64,000 bases of DNA, from positions 543,981 through 607,980 of the forward strand of contig NMRA01000062.1 of the NCBI GenBank assembly GCA_002633005.1. The letters run 5' to 3'. The position numbers were made by a program, and so were the translations under genes. The stretch is from Phoronis australis (lineage: Eukaryota > Animalia > Phoronida). This document shows, piece by piece, positions 13,624-27,549 of the stretch; position 1 is the stretch's first letter; every line of letters starts with the position of its first letter. Below the pieces are notes generated by a model. That model did not search any database. It saw nothing but the letters and a program-made list of their open reading frames with translations, and was not told where the DNA came from.

Positions 13624-14357
13624 TATTGTAGTGCAGGCTACCAGGTGTCACTGAATGCATTTAAGCTCAAAATTAAGTATTTTCAAATAATTTCAGTTTT
13701 GTTCTTCCAATAAGTTATTATCAAATATTTTAAGTGCATGTTTAATTTTAACTTTTCTTATGCCATTTTGTTAGCCACATTTTCATTATTTTCGTTCCCA
13801 TGGAGCCGCAGTACTGTTATTTCGAATAAGTTTTTTCCAAAGTCCAGCATTTTGATTCAGTCTTGAACTATCGTCAGGGTTACAAAATGAATCAAAAAAA
13901 CTTATTACAACCCAAAGTTACTTTGAAACGCACAGCTCAAAATCAATTATTTGAAAGAACAACAAATGAGCAACGCATGTGGTGATCTGACACACTATTT
14001 CTCAAACCCTGCAAATGTTTTTAGAACAAATGCGTAGTTTTTTTTTTAAATATTGCATGTAAAATATGAGCACAACCCAGAAATCACTTTTGCATTATAG
14101 GCAGGTTCTCATTCTTTTCCTTGTATTCATTCAATATTAAGACCGAGGTCAATGGAGTAGGAGACATCTTTGTGCAATGCTCGATTGTCAGCCAGTAAAG
14201 CCAGGATCTCGGGTCTCCGAAACGGGACACCGAAGCTCAAATCACTGAGCCAAACGGCGTGAGGACTTCCGAGATAAAGTAAAGCATAATAATTTTCCTA
14301 AATAGTGGTGAAGTTTATGTCATTGCCAAACCGTGCATAGCATCTCGTCCAGTGTAT

Positions 14358-14358
<1 letters not shown>

Positions 14359-14403
<45 letters not shown>
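14359..14403. repeat. (GT)n microsatellite
   Basis: Directly visible. Confidence 1.
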
Positions 14404-14405
<2 letters not shown>

Positions 14406-16399
14406 AGTGCGTGTGGGATTGGGACCATGTCTGAAATGCTAGCATACTATTTCCCCTTTCACGGAAAATGTTGGTAACAGAACAATGACAAGATTATAGT
14501 AATTATAATGTATTTATCCTGGAACAAAAATTCCCACTGGTATGTCACTGATTCATTCAACACCATTTTGTGAGCCTTGTGCATCATCAAAATATATGGG
14601 GAAATAAAATATATAAAATTATAATTTCCATTATTATACAATAGAATGCTTCGCATTATATACCATTTCGAAATAATTTCATGGAATAGTCGGTTTAACT
14701 TGGATTGTGAATGATTTACACAATTCCTCGTGTTTTTTCCAAGTAATAGGCCTACCACAAAATAATTCTACAGGTAGGCGGTGGACGTCATTCACCTTTC
14801 AATAGCAAAGCAATAAAATAACATCGTGCACAAAACCCCTGATGGTGATTCAATTCAAACTGTGGGAAGAGAGAGACATAAGATGCCATCTATTGGTTCG
14901 CGGTTTATGGGATATTCATAACGATAACAACGCTGGCCGGTATGCTGCTGCCCTGTTGACGGTATCAATCACTCAGTTTTCTAAGCCAATGACATTGAAT
15001 TATTCCCACAATATTTTATAATTAGTAAAATTCTTACCTTCGTTGGTCTGTTGATCTGCCGCCGGAACTAATTTTCGCCATTATACGATCCATTCGGAAC
15101 GGAAATGATGCAGTGCTGTTACAGTTCACGACCGCTGACTCAAATTCCGACGTGCCTGAATTAGTCCAAGCGCCCTGACGTGTTAACGCAATCATTGAAG
15201 AAACCTCATCTATTCGCCTTGTGCCTGTCAACAGGATGCCTTTCACAAAAAGACATCATCAGCCCAAGACAAATTCGGTGGGTGCCTTTCATTAAAACAT
15301 AGTACGCCATGTACTCCACCGAAAACCACTAAACAGACATGCACGATTACCACGCAGTTTTTGAAATTCATGAAGATGTACGTGCCCGGCAGCAGCCTTT
15401 GTGGTCTGGAATTGGGCCTCATCTGCTAGATAATTAGATTGATGTGAAACAAGACAACTGCATGTCTCTTACGTGATTAAGAAACAGAAACAGAAACACG
15501 GAAACGGATGTATTACCTGCTGTGAAACGTTTTTTGCATCTGAGGTTGTATACCTAAGGTTACGGAATTAATCAATGGCTCTTTGTTTCAGTAAAAGGAC
15601 ATACATGAGCTTCTCAACTGTGTGTCAGGAATGGGCTGACACTGTTCTGAGTTTAATTATTTTATTCTATTGTTCTGTTTGTGTTCTAGCAAAAAGTAAT
15701 TGATTGGCATGACCCTGAGGTCAGCACAGTAATGAACGTACTTTGTTTACCAAAGAATAGTTTAGAACATTCTAGAAGATTCTATCATGCCAGTGATTGA
15801 TGTAATCTGAAACATTGTAGAGCCTACTATATGTTTGTAGAGTGATTGGGTAGATTCTGGAAAGTTCTAGAATGTGCTTGGTGTGGTAGAATATTGTAAC
15901 TGATTATAAATCCAAAGGCACGAGTTTGTGGCAGTCACTTGAAAGTTAGTTACAATTGAGTTACTGTTGAGTCGCAGTGACCATCCCTTTAGAGGACACC
16001 TTTTTCGAAGAGTTTGAACAACCAGATGCCAAACAAAAAGGCATGGCGAACCTTTTACAATACTGTGGCAAACAATAAAAAACAAGGACCATTGATATAA
16101 TGATAAATTACGATGTAAACTCTTCAAAATATGACATAAGCAATGAATTTGAAAAAGCAGCCGATACCCAGCCATTCACGTCACTGACAAATCAGCCAAT
16201 CAGCGATTGCTTCAGGATTCAGTGTTTTGACCATGAATACGAATCGGTTTTTGCTTGGCGCGCAAGTCGGGCAAATGTGAGTTTTATTTGTATGTTGGAA
16301 CCGATTAACTGCAACATTATTTTGACTACAGTCCCCTTTTAAGCATATGTTGTCGATAACATTTTTCTTTATTTTTGCAATGCTCAACAATGCCATCTG

Positions 16400-17178
16400 T
16401 AATGCCTGGTCGGTTTCGTCGAATGCCTATATTGCTGTTAAACAGTAATACATAGTAGGGCTGCTTGGAAGGCCATCACATCCGGCACGTCCTGTGTCTT
16501 GAAAGTATTTCTCAATAGATGTTAGAGGTTTCCAGTGAATTGTGTGTCGGACATGTTTGGTATTAAGTCCCATTCCTAGTGCCACTGTGGCAAGACTACA
16601 CGAATCTTGCGCTGTGGTTTGCATATTCCTGTCACAATCATTTTTTGTGCTCTCGATGTGTACCATACTCGGTGATACTGTGCAAACAGTAGGCTTTCTG
16701 GTACTGGTGGACCAACATATTGGTCTTTTCCGACGTATGACTCAAAGAATGATTTATACTAGGCCACCGGTCCCTTATACATACAGTGGCGCTATACTGT
16801 CAGTCTTCTCACAATTCAACATCCAAGATTGAGCAAGAATACCTAATGTCACTGGTGTCAGTATATGTTACGGTGAGTGGATACTCCATCTTTCTTTTAT
16901 TGAGGCCCTCAGTCATTGGACGTAAAACTGTCTGCATGGGGATGCTCTTCTGTTTGAGTTGATGGTGGACGCTGGATTTTATGGTATTTAATGTTTGGTC
17001 CATCAGGAGTTTTAGCTATTATAGGTTGTGGATTCTTCAGATGTAGGGTGTGTATTGTCTTGGTTTGGTCTGCAGGTGGCGTTGTGTTGTTGCCAAGAAC
17101 ACAATCACAGAAACTTTAGGCAAACCAGCTAATATGTTGTCGTCGATGCGACTAAAGTCCTTTCGAAAGTATGTCCCC
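16400..17178 (-). pseudogene. Degenerate RecQ-like helicase fragment, probably from an AcademH-type transposon
   Basis: Across frameshifts on the - strand: cag|(W)GTYFRKDFSRI...VIVFLATT, LHLKNP..IIAKTPDGPN, YPLTVTY, GKDQYVGPPVPESLLFAQYH, LATVALGMGLN..VRHTIHW..LTSIEKYFQDTGRAGCDGLPS.PTMYY (RecQ aromatic loop through motif VI). Confidence 0.85.
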
Positions 17179-17738
17179 CTGAAAAATATCTCAGTAATAA
17201 GTAAATATGTGATTTGATGTCATAAAGCTTCGTGTAAAATAACTGCATGCGTGTTTCCAGGGGGTTTCGATCGAAGAGTAATATTTTTAATTCGGGTTAG
17301 TCTGATACCTACCAAGCGAACTTGTTCCGTATGATGAGACGTTGTTATTGTTTGCATATGTTTTTGAAAATATAAATGGTGTCACGAGATCATGAAATAT
17401 TACAATATTGTGTCTTTAGCAATGCTTTTATATAAACATTTAAATGTAAAATGTTAAAGATTTGGGATTTCCTACATATAATTCAGGTTGAGAATGCATG
17501 CCTGCATGACGTTATCTGTACATTTGTTACTGTGATAACAGTATGATAAACAGTGTTACTCGATCAAAAATCAGAACTTAAAGGGCAATGTTGACAGTAA
17601 AGTGATTCATGAAAACTGATTTTAATGATGTGAATTCCCGAGCTGTACCCCAATTTTTTGTAGTTTAGAGTGATCTAAAAGGACTGCTGGGTTGACTCTT
17701 AATTCCAGATTGTTGTGTCTTCTGTCTTTTGGTTAGCT

Positions 17739-17740
<2 letters not shown>

Positions 17741-17778
<38 letters not shown>
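17741..17778. repeat. (GT)n microsatellite
   Basis: Directly visible. Confidence 1.
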
Positions 17779-17780
<2 letters not shown>

Positions 17781-20700
17781 TATTACTGTTTTCTATTGTT
17801 TCTATAATAATTCATTTGTTCCATGTTTACCTGTTGCCCAGACGCCGATTTTGTTAACTTTATAATACTATTATCTGTAATATTTACCTTGTTAAAGGAC
17901 CCAATCCAATACTTCGTGTTGCTAACAGCGGACAGAGTAGTTACAAATTGTCTCATTCTTGGCGGACTGTCCCACTTTTAAAATTTTTTCCGCCATCCCG
18001 GTTTTTGACACACGACCAAAGTGACAATACTATTATACACTATTGCAATTTCCCACGCGACATAGCCATATTTTCCCGGTTGACTAAAAAGGAAAGCACA
18101 TGACGTTTCATGGGTTTTTGCGGCTCCTGCAATTTCCCATTCAACTATAAAAACAACAACAAATAAGACTCTTTCGTGAATTGTTGAGTGTTACCGTACG
18201 TATCCCATTCGACAATATACGCCAGATGTCCAGCTTTCTATCCTGATGTCCGGCTTTTCTATTAGTCAGTTTTTTTCGTTCTTGAGCGTTGACCGTGACA
18301 AATGTGCAACAGGTGTTCAAAATAACATTGTCTCTTTTTATGAATATTCAGAGTCCACGTTCTTTAGTCATGCCTCAGTAACATAACAATCGTAAAAATA
18401 TGTTCCTATGTCTCTTGTTTACGGTAACATACACTGCACGTATCAGGATCACTAACTTTTACTCTCTGAAGAAAGGAGTCTGTTTCTAAACTTATATGGA
18501 AAGTCCCACACTGCAAACAACGTGGTGAGCTATCCGTAGTAGATCTCAAAGCTACGTGATAGATGTTGGCCCTTTTTATCTATCAGAAAACGTTATCTGT
18601 AAATTTCGTATAGATACTCGGAGTAGTTAATCGCATTTTTCGTAAATGCCACTGCATTCTAAATTTTTACTGAGCAATTAGATTGCATCAAACGGCACCA
18701 AAAGTTCAATTAATTATAATACATAAAAGTGTATAATTTTTAATACCGGGCTAAATTGTTCACAGCGAGTGTGATGGATCCATATTCCAAAACCTTTGTC
18801 TTTATTGTGTAGAAAACCTTTCAATCATTGAAATCATTTCCCTAATAGTTTAATTTTGTCATTCATATAGCCTCTCTGATTCATTTCCCTCGTTTATGTT
18901 TCAACTACACCATGCTATTTTCCGAATTTTGGTAGCACTTTTGGTTTTTAGAATTAAAAAATATTTTGAAACCAATCACGTATGCGAAATGATAATTACT
19001 TTTGAATTAAAGGATTTATCTTTTGCTTCTGGTACAGTCTTCAAGAGCTGACAAAGGCCTTTTTAACGACATGGGATTTGGTTGCAATTCGGAGTTGCGA
19101 AAGGTTTTAATGGCAATAAATTCCATAACAAGTTCACACACCGGGACGATCGACTGCAAATAACTATCACGCATGCGCGGCGCAACCGCGAGATCGGAGT
19201 TGGCGTTCCAGGGCTAGAGTACTGTGCCATGAAGAATATGACTTTTGCATATGAGACAAGCTGAGCCGACAGCGTCGAATTGCGCCAAGCGGCACTTTCA
19301 AGGCACCTGTAAACGAGAAGGGAAGTAATAAAAGGTACCCATAAATATTAAAAACTACAAGTAAATAAAAACCCGGTAAAAATTAGACAATTAAATATAA
19401 ACAGGTCTTGCATCATAAAACCGTAGAAACCAACTTTAAGTCATGTTTACGTACCGTCATCAAGTTGGTCTCAAATTGTCCCTCATTCAAACTGGATGCT
19501 ATTACAGGCTTTCGAAAGAACTAACATCTCTTTATTGCTTGAGACGAGGCCCTAAAAGTTGGCATGCCATGGCACATCCTTTTGTGCACGACCACGGTAA
19601 CAAGGAATACATGTATGCTTGTAGCGTTTCTAAATCTTTGCAAACCCACAAATCACTTCTAACGAACAATTTGAAATTAATTTCATAAGGACAAAGTGGT
19701 CTAATCAAAAGCATATTTTCACATACCAAATTTGGAAAGGTTCGGTCAAAGGATCGCGGCGAAGCTAGAGTGCAGCAAGCATCATTCGACAAATGACCGT
19801 CACAGCGCCCTCTTGCGTCCGATATTGTTCTGCGTCTCCGCGCACATGTCATCAGTGAAGTCAACAGGTTGGAATCCGGTAGCCTTACTGTTGTGCAATT
19901 TTGCGGAATGTCACTTCCGAAAACATTTAATATTATTCTAAATGGAAGGACTAACGAAGAACTGACTGATATGGACACAGTAGAAACGTCAACAATGTTA
20001 TGAAAAAGTGTTCCAGAATACAAATTCCACATTCCGGCTAAACACCCCTTTAGTTTTGTTGGCTTTTGATAATGGCGTTACGGAGGGGGCTAGGCCATCG
20101 ACACGTTTACAATTTCGGTACGTTGTTTTCGTGAAGAAAACACGGAAATTCACCTGGCTGAGTTACGGAGAAAAATACGACGCTGCATATGTGCTTCTGT
20201 TAAGTTCGTAATCAGTAAATGCTACGATATGAGAAACAAAAATACACTTGCAGGCCTCGACTGTACCTGTTCTTAGCCCGTTCCTCCCCGTCGACAACAG
20301 CTATGAAGTCCAGTATTCAAACATTTTGCCCCCCCCCCAATTTACGAAAACTTTCAATGTCTTATGGGTTTAAATCCCCTCAACTTCAGATGGAAGCCCC
20401 ATGGTGCTAAGATCTCAATTTGCTTTGTGGATCTACGGTATCAGATGCGCCTTTCCAAGAACAAAATCAACAGATAGACGTAGTATCAGATAAGGTAAAT
20501 GATTCTGAACCAAGCTGAGGTAGCGGTGAAGAATCATCCAGCACTGTCGGCGTAGTTTGGTTTGCTGCCGAAGCGTTTTCTTTTCGATCGTGTATCCTGA
20601 AACCCTGGATACGCAGCTAGACTTCAGTCATTAACGTCTATGATTGCATTGCACGATGTTAAATGTCCTGCTATGAACTATTGAAACAGTTAACCGTCTA

Positions 20701-23240
20701 ATTTACCCATGTTTGAATTGGCCAAAAACTGTAACCAAATGACGTAATGTAGGAGATGGGGTAGGCCAGAAACTGCCCGTGTAAACGTCAACTCCGGTAG
20801 AAAAGCCGAATGTTCAACGTAAATTGCAGACATATTCTGCGGAAAGTCCTGTACAGAACATGGTGTTTTCTACTCCCGCGTCATTTAAAATAGAATTGGT
20901 TCGTGACGATGTTGTGCGTGTACGTGTAAATAGACACATTAACGTACAAGAATTCTCCTACAACTTACGTTGGTAGAGCGTACTGAAATCAAGAAAATCT
21001 GGGGCCGAGACGGGGTCCAAATCTAATTTCAACGTTAAAATCTTCTTTATGGCCCAGGAAACGGCATTACTTTTTTGCCCATCGCTGCCTGAACGGGAAC
21101 TTCAAATTTTTTTTCAGTTTTCAAATATTTACTCTCCTCTTGCAAGCAAAATTGCAAAACATGAGAAAGGAAACCAGCAAGAGCAGCATAGGCTATCCTG
21201 ACTGATCAAGAGGTAACACTCCAGGATGTTATTCAACGAGGTTAACAAAAGATTGAAAATTGATGTCATTTTGAACAAATTTTTGTGAAAACTTATAATT
21301 TTTGGCCAGTATGATCTGTAAGTTAAGAACACAATTTCCAAGCTGAGTATTTTTCTGACTCCAAACCAAACAGTTACTTTGTATAAAGGAAGACCAACAT
21401 GATATATTTGTTTTAACCATTCGGGGAACTTCAGAAATTGGTGGCGATAGCAGACCTAAACTGTTTGCGACGAAGGAGCACCGCTCATCCGGCCGAGATT
21501 TAACCGGAAGTTACTGGCAGCCATAATTTTAAAGAATTCGATGTACTGGCTGACAGGACTATTACGTGTATATTACGTTGAACTTGTCACATCAATAAAC
21601 GAAGCATTAAATGCGGGTGGATTTATTTCGTGTGACGACCGTTTTTAATTGATTTTTATGCTATAGTTTCGAATCTGACGATATCTTTCAAAAGTAATAG
21701 TCGTGTTGTTCACCGGTAACTATCGCAGACAGGCTACATGTAATGCTGAGGTGTTAAGGCCGCTAGTCTAGATAGTGGCCTTGGTCGGATTGTTCGCGAA
21801 GGTCACGCCTCAGTATTTTTGTAAAGCTCACCTCACTATCGACACCAGTTGTGACGTAGGCTTCTCATAAATTTTTTATGGAAAAGGTTTAACTCGGTTT
21901 TATGGATACCAGCAAGACTTTGCGCTAATGACTTCTGGTGTTTTAGTTTCGAAGTGAATTTTGATTGGATTGGAATTAAAGGCATCTCCTTTTGAGACAC
22001 TTTTAACAGCGGTATTTTACACAAGTAATTCCAATTACATACAATCGGTCACTCTATTACTTAAGTGCAATGTGAAATCGTGTTTAATGATTCTTTGCCA
22101 CATGTACAGAACGCGCAGAGTCTATTCTAACCGCCTGTTCAACGTGTATCAAATGTTCGAATGTACAGAAGCCTGACGTAGGGCACGGGAAAGGAAGGCT
22201 CTTGACCCCTTATCACTGCGTCTTGTATATTTGCACTAAGCATGTCGAAATCGGCTTAATTTGTTACGTTTTTGTAAACGTTGCCGATTTCAGGTGACAA
22301 CATACATGTACAAACAGTTATTCAAGCCTAGGCCGTAGGGAGGGTGGGGCGTCGTATGTTTCACCGTCAGTGAAAGCAGTTGGTGGCGATTGGGGTGTTT
22401 TGAAATTTGTGACGAATGCAGAGTGTAGAAATTTCAGTAAGACATCGGAGAAGGGATTGGAAATAGCAACAACTGAATGGGAGGGGTTGACGAAAATGAA
22501 ATTGTATGTGTCCGGAATAGTTTTTAACTTCTGGTGCCAGGTTTCAGTTGCTCTCTAATATGTTAGTATGGATTGTCATTTATAAGTGTCGGCAAGCAAA
22601 AATAAACAGTGCTCTGTTCACGAATAGTCACAACTAGTATTGACTTCCGTTTTGTAACCGATTAAATATGCCGTGACCCGTTCCGCAACGCAGAGTCAAG
22701 TCCTTTTTTAGAGTGATCCTTTGTGTTTTACTTACAAAAAATTGCCCTATGCATCTCGCCCCAGACAAGGTCAAATTCATGACGTCACAAGTTCACTATT
22801 ATGTCCTAATTCTTTATTTTGCTCTTAACCCGATTAATTTTGTCAACAAACTAACCTTCTGATTAAGACTGTTTATAATTACGAAATTGGCCTCATCTTG
22901 ATCCTTACTTAAACTAAAAGGGAATCGTTGGCTTTGGTGAAACTGAGATTTATTCCTTATTATTCGAGACCAAGGTTAACATGATCTTGCCGTTACCACT
23001 GATACATGTACGTCACCGTGACGGTGGGCTATGAATTTAAGCACACAAGATAGTTTTATGCAATAAGGAAATGCCACTTCTTCACTACGGATGAGAACCA
23101 CTTCTTATCTGAGTAAACATTTAAAAGTAGAGTATGTGACGTATGTCAATAGTTCTTTTCTTCAGTGACCGCATGCGTGTTTACAGCACTTTCAAAATTC
23201 TCTACAACGGCTAACTTTCAGGTAACGGTGCAAGAACATT

Positions 23241-23335
23241 TCAAAATGACTTCTTTTTTCGGCTGAAATTATTTTTTTTAAAAATCGACCAAAAATAGAA
23301 CAAAATGACTTCTTTTTTTCGGCTGAAATCATTTG
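23241..23335. repeat. Short direct duplication
   Basis: caaaatgacttctttttt(t)cggctgaaat occurs twice, about 60 bp apart. Confidence 0.8.
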
Positions 23336-23571
23336 ACAAAATAGACCAACGATTGACCTTTGCTAAGGTCTTCTGCATTCTTTGTTTAGCTGTAATACAG
23401 GGTGAGATTAAAAATGAGATTTCACTAGACGCCCGTCCTGTCATGTGTTTATCATAGTCGTTTTAGTCGTAGTCGTCGTCGTCAACACCAACAAAAACTT
23501 GGTTCTCACAGGATACGACAAGCAGACAAATGCTTGACTTAAGTTTGGGTTGGACAGAAATTTGCGCGAAT

Positions 23572-24744
23572 AGGCCTTTTGCGAGTTTATAACAATAACG
23601 CGAGATTATGTGAGACTTAATTGTGACGTCACGGGAAGTGGGGCAACAGCTTGTCGTTTGGTCATTTGCCCAATACGGTAGCAGAGTGTATTCTGTTATT
23701 GTCTTCGAGTTTTTAGCCGTTTAGTTCGAAAAATGTCCAAAAGCATTGCTGTTATGGCAAATGAACTTCAGATTCGCACTACAATACGTTCTATCGCGTT
23801 CTGTACTAATTTCGTCCCGTGTATTTTAAACGGGCGGTAGGCGAAATCCGCTCACTGATAAAGTTTTCACCTCGTAAAAAATACATTCTACACCTAAAAT
23901 TAGCACCTAAAAGGCTCTTACTTTCTTCAGTGACTCTTTCTGCTTCTAAACATATCTCCGATGAAGCATATATACGGGAATTCAGGTGACTTAGGCGAAG
24001 AATTCCAACTCCACTTTGTGGTTACTGTTAACTTTGTCCGCGCGCGCGATAACCACAATCAAGTATTTCAACTGAGTCAGGTGAGTTTGAGGCAAAGGCT
24101 AGCGCGAGACTGAGCGAAGCGCGAGATCTGGCGCGTGACCTGGCGCGTGACACTTGCAAAATAGCATGAGAAAATATCAAGTGAAATTTGTAAGATTTGT
24201 GTCCCTTGGACTTTTTGTTCGTCAACAGGCGTGATTTCACGTAACTTCCTCAAAATGGCGGCTCTTTAGTGAGAGAAACTCGAGAGAACCGCGAGGTTTT
24301 CATGAATATGCTCAAGTTATTTGTAGACTAAATTGTGTCCAGAGTCAGGGTATGTGTTAATTATAACTTCATGTGCACATATGCATGTTTCATTTGATTT
24401 TATTTGCTGTATTTTGAAGTGAATATCTTTTTATGGGGATACACTATCGCCCCTGTATGCCTGCGCCATTCAGGCCTAGAGCGGGTTAAGTTCCAATTTC
24501 AGTCCGTTCACAGCTTCGCACAACATAACAAGGTCACATTTTCTTCGTCTATTCACAGTTATTCCACGACCCATCTACCACATCTTAAGTTGTTTTAACG
24601 TTTTAAGCGTAAAATTCACCATAAGAACTCCAGTAAGTTTTAGCATGTGTAGCAAAGACTCGGGGCAAAACAAGAGCAATATGGCGGGTTTTGCCCCCTT
24701 TCCGGTGACGTCACAGTAACTAGCGAGAAACTTGCAAGTGAGCT
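23572..24744. mobile_element. Non-autonomous DNA transposon with AT|AG...CT|AT ends (ISL2EU-like)
   Basis: Left end at|aggccttttgcgagttt...tgtgacgtcacgggaagtggggcaa matches the reverse complement of the right end ttgccccctttccggtgacgtcaca...aaacttgcaagtgagct|at. The superfamily is inferred from the AT TSD and RR..YY termini. Confidence 0.65.
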
Positions 24745-26781
24745 ATTCGGATTTTGTCTTCGGTCTTATCTTAGACAAAAATTAATCAAGCCGATATTTG
24801 ACATACAGTAGGTGAGCCTACAACTGGTAGAGAATTCACAAAACTAAGCGAGGCGGTGTGTGAAATACAGTTTTAAGAATAACCTTGTTCTTGATGACGG
24901 AAATTGAGATATATTTACAGCTTGGATACACCCTGATATGGCTGGAAAATACCACTTGATCGCTGCCGCCATAAGTGGAACTGCATTGTTTCGACGGCCT
25001 TTGGCCGATCCTTGAATTGACTCAAGCAAACGTTCTTAAATTTATATGTTCAGGGAATTAGATTGTAAAAAATCACAACGAAATTATGTCTTCAGCAGTT
25101 TACTGCAGTGTCCATTGTCCTAAATTTTGGTATTGATTTAGATCAAATGTCCAATCTTAAGCCTACTCCATAGCAGACTAATTTTCGGTCTTATTAAAAT
25201 AATCGGCAACATCTTAGACCGATTTCAGTCTTAATATTTTGGTCTTAAAAATTTCATGAATGGGAGCTTAGACCTTTTGATCTTAAATTAGCCAGATTTC
25301 GATCTAAGTTAACACAGAGAAAGTTTCATGAGTGAGACGGGACCCTGCACGTCAAGTGCATTGTTCAACTATCGCGAGCGCGGTAGTCCGGCGTACGCAT
25401 GGCGAGGCTGTTATGTAGGATAGTCAGTTCATACTGGGTTCACGATCCCGACCAATGGTTTTCCTCTAGTTAATCTAACTGGGACGGAGTCAAGTCAGGC
25501 AAGCGGTTATCGTCTGTTTAAACAATCATCAAGCTTCCCTACAGAGATTAAGTTTTTCCTTATTTCTTTTATGAGTCCTTTAAAAGTCACAAAAGAACAC
25601 TATGTAATTAATTTCCAAACCAGGTGTGTACCATGTACTTTTACAACCGCTGGTGACAACTAAACACCAAAACGCCAAGGCTGCTTTTTGAGAATCACGT
25701 GACGGGTAGTGTCCGGCGAGGATCAATTAATATGCAGCAGCTAGAGTTCGGCATGATTTCCACAGCTACGTCGGCAGCAGAAGGGTCCCGCCTGTTGACT
25801 TTCTTGCCCACTGCGCCACATGTCGATTCAACATGCGGCAAGTGGTTAGCCGGGTCCCAATAAACTCGGAATTTGTACACCCGTGCAGCGATCTTGTTTG
25901 TGTCTTATCAGCTAGCAAAATCGTTTTCAGAGATCAGCCCTAGCGAGGAAACAAATTCTCGCGTGGCAGCCAAACGCTTTGCTGGCTGATCTAAATCCCC
26001 TCCTCGTTACGTATATGTCAAAGCATACTAGCATTTCCAACTAGTAAAGGCACCGAACTTGGTTTCAGCGAATGTCTGACAGACAACGGGTAGAATTGTC
26101 GATTTGCCATAAAATCACAAGAAACAATAGATTCCATTTTTAAAGCTCTTGTCATAGCTAAAAATTCAAATAGCCTGTCACAATAAACAATAATTCAAAA
26201 ATGCGTTTTTGGCTATGTAAACGATATTTTAACATTTCTCAATGGATAATGGGTTGGATTTTAAGCGAGAATTAAAATGTGTCCACAAGAATCAAAAACA
26301 GAAATTCATGGGGATACTCTAAGTATCAATATTCGGGTCCACGCCAATTTCGGCACAGAAATGGCTGGGGTATTTGTCACGGCATGAGCAACCGTTGCGT
26401 CAAGCAACCAACTGCCTAACTTTGATGGGACCAAAGCAAACACTGATAAGTTTACGTGACAATCTCCATAACGTTCTTTGCAGATTGGTCACTGGATATT
26501 TGCTTGTTTAACTTTAAGTTGCAGTTTGCCATGTGAGGATGCCTAAACTATGAAAACTGAAGTAATCCTTTCGCTATGATGAAATGGGTCTCATAATATT
26601 TCTTCTATAGTGGCGGGATTATGTTCTCTTTACCAGCACGATCGTCGAAAATAACCAGGTATTTAAGATAAAGCGGACGTTTATCAAGGGTCGCCAACAC
26701 TAACATTCGAAAATGGCGCCTGAGACTTGAGAGTAGTAACGGAAATAAAACCCTTTAAAGTCTGTTTTGAGATTTTTGCGT

Positions 26782-26804
26782 ACACACACACACACACACA
26801 CACA
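26782..26804. repeat. (CA)n microsatellite
   Basis: Directly visible. Confidence 1.
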
Positions 26805-27132
26805 TATTGCATAGCGATATGCATGTACGTAACTTTTTAACAAGATGATCGACTTCACAACCTTGCCTCCTTACGGAATGTCGGTTAGCTTTGCCCATCA
26901 GTTACCCATGGGTTTCACAAAAGGGAACTACAGTACTATGCCAAACAAGTCCGTTCAGCGTGTCCAGGTCATCCAGTATTTTTAACTGTACTCGTGGCAC
27001 CCTGTATTGCCCCCACAGGCTCACGCAGTCAATATTTATTTATGTCCTTTACCGCTAGCAGTCACTGAAAGGTTCATTGGTATCCAAAACTATCCGTCCG
27101 TTCAACCGTCACTTCGCGTACACGTGGATACA

Positions 27133-27549
27133 ATGATGTGTGATCGTGTTTTCCTTTTCGTGCTGTGCTCAATGCTTTACTGTCGTGCCGCCAGAACCGC
27201 GTCCGCCGGTTGCCAGGAAACACAAGCCGACAGCACGGAGGCTCGAATGTTCACACAAAAACTTTTCCAAAAGTACGGAGGTGGTAAGAGCATTACCTTT
27301 GAGGCTCTGGAACATCTTTTTGTTCACTTGGAGGTAGGAGATATCGTTATTGATTCGCACGGGTTGTCAGATCACTTACGGAAAGACGGCGGCTTTAGAA
27401 AACTGCACGGGAAAGAGCATGCGCATCCCATTGCCGACAACTCCAGCAGCGCAAAAGTTGAAATTAGTCATGGAGAGGGACCGCTTACGGGAGGTCGTTC
27501 GCCAGGACATGGGACTTACAACGTGCAAGAAGAGGCGGATGAGAGCGAG
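27133..27549 (+). CDS. SLC39A10: ZIP transporter coding exon 1 (signal peptide and His-containing ectodomain)
   Basis: ATG at 27133 ([17 protein letters not shown]...), [27 protein letters not shown] motif, donor GAG|gtttgt at 27550 (phase 0). Confidence 0.85.

Noticed and set aside
15670-15975. Solo LTR-like segment (ttctagaa motifs, TATAAA)
   Set aside because: No clear TG...CA boundaries, TSD or second copy found.
19532-20032. 166-aa minus-strand ORF
   Set aside because: No recognisable domain or consistent splice signals; probably decayed repeat sequence.
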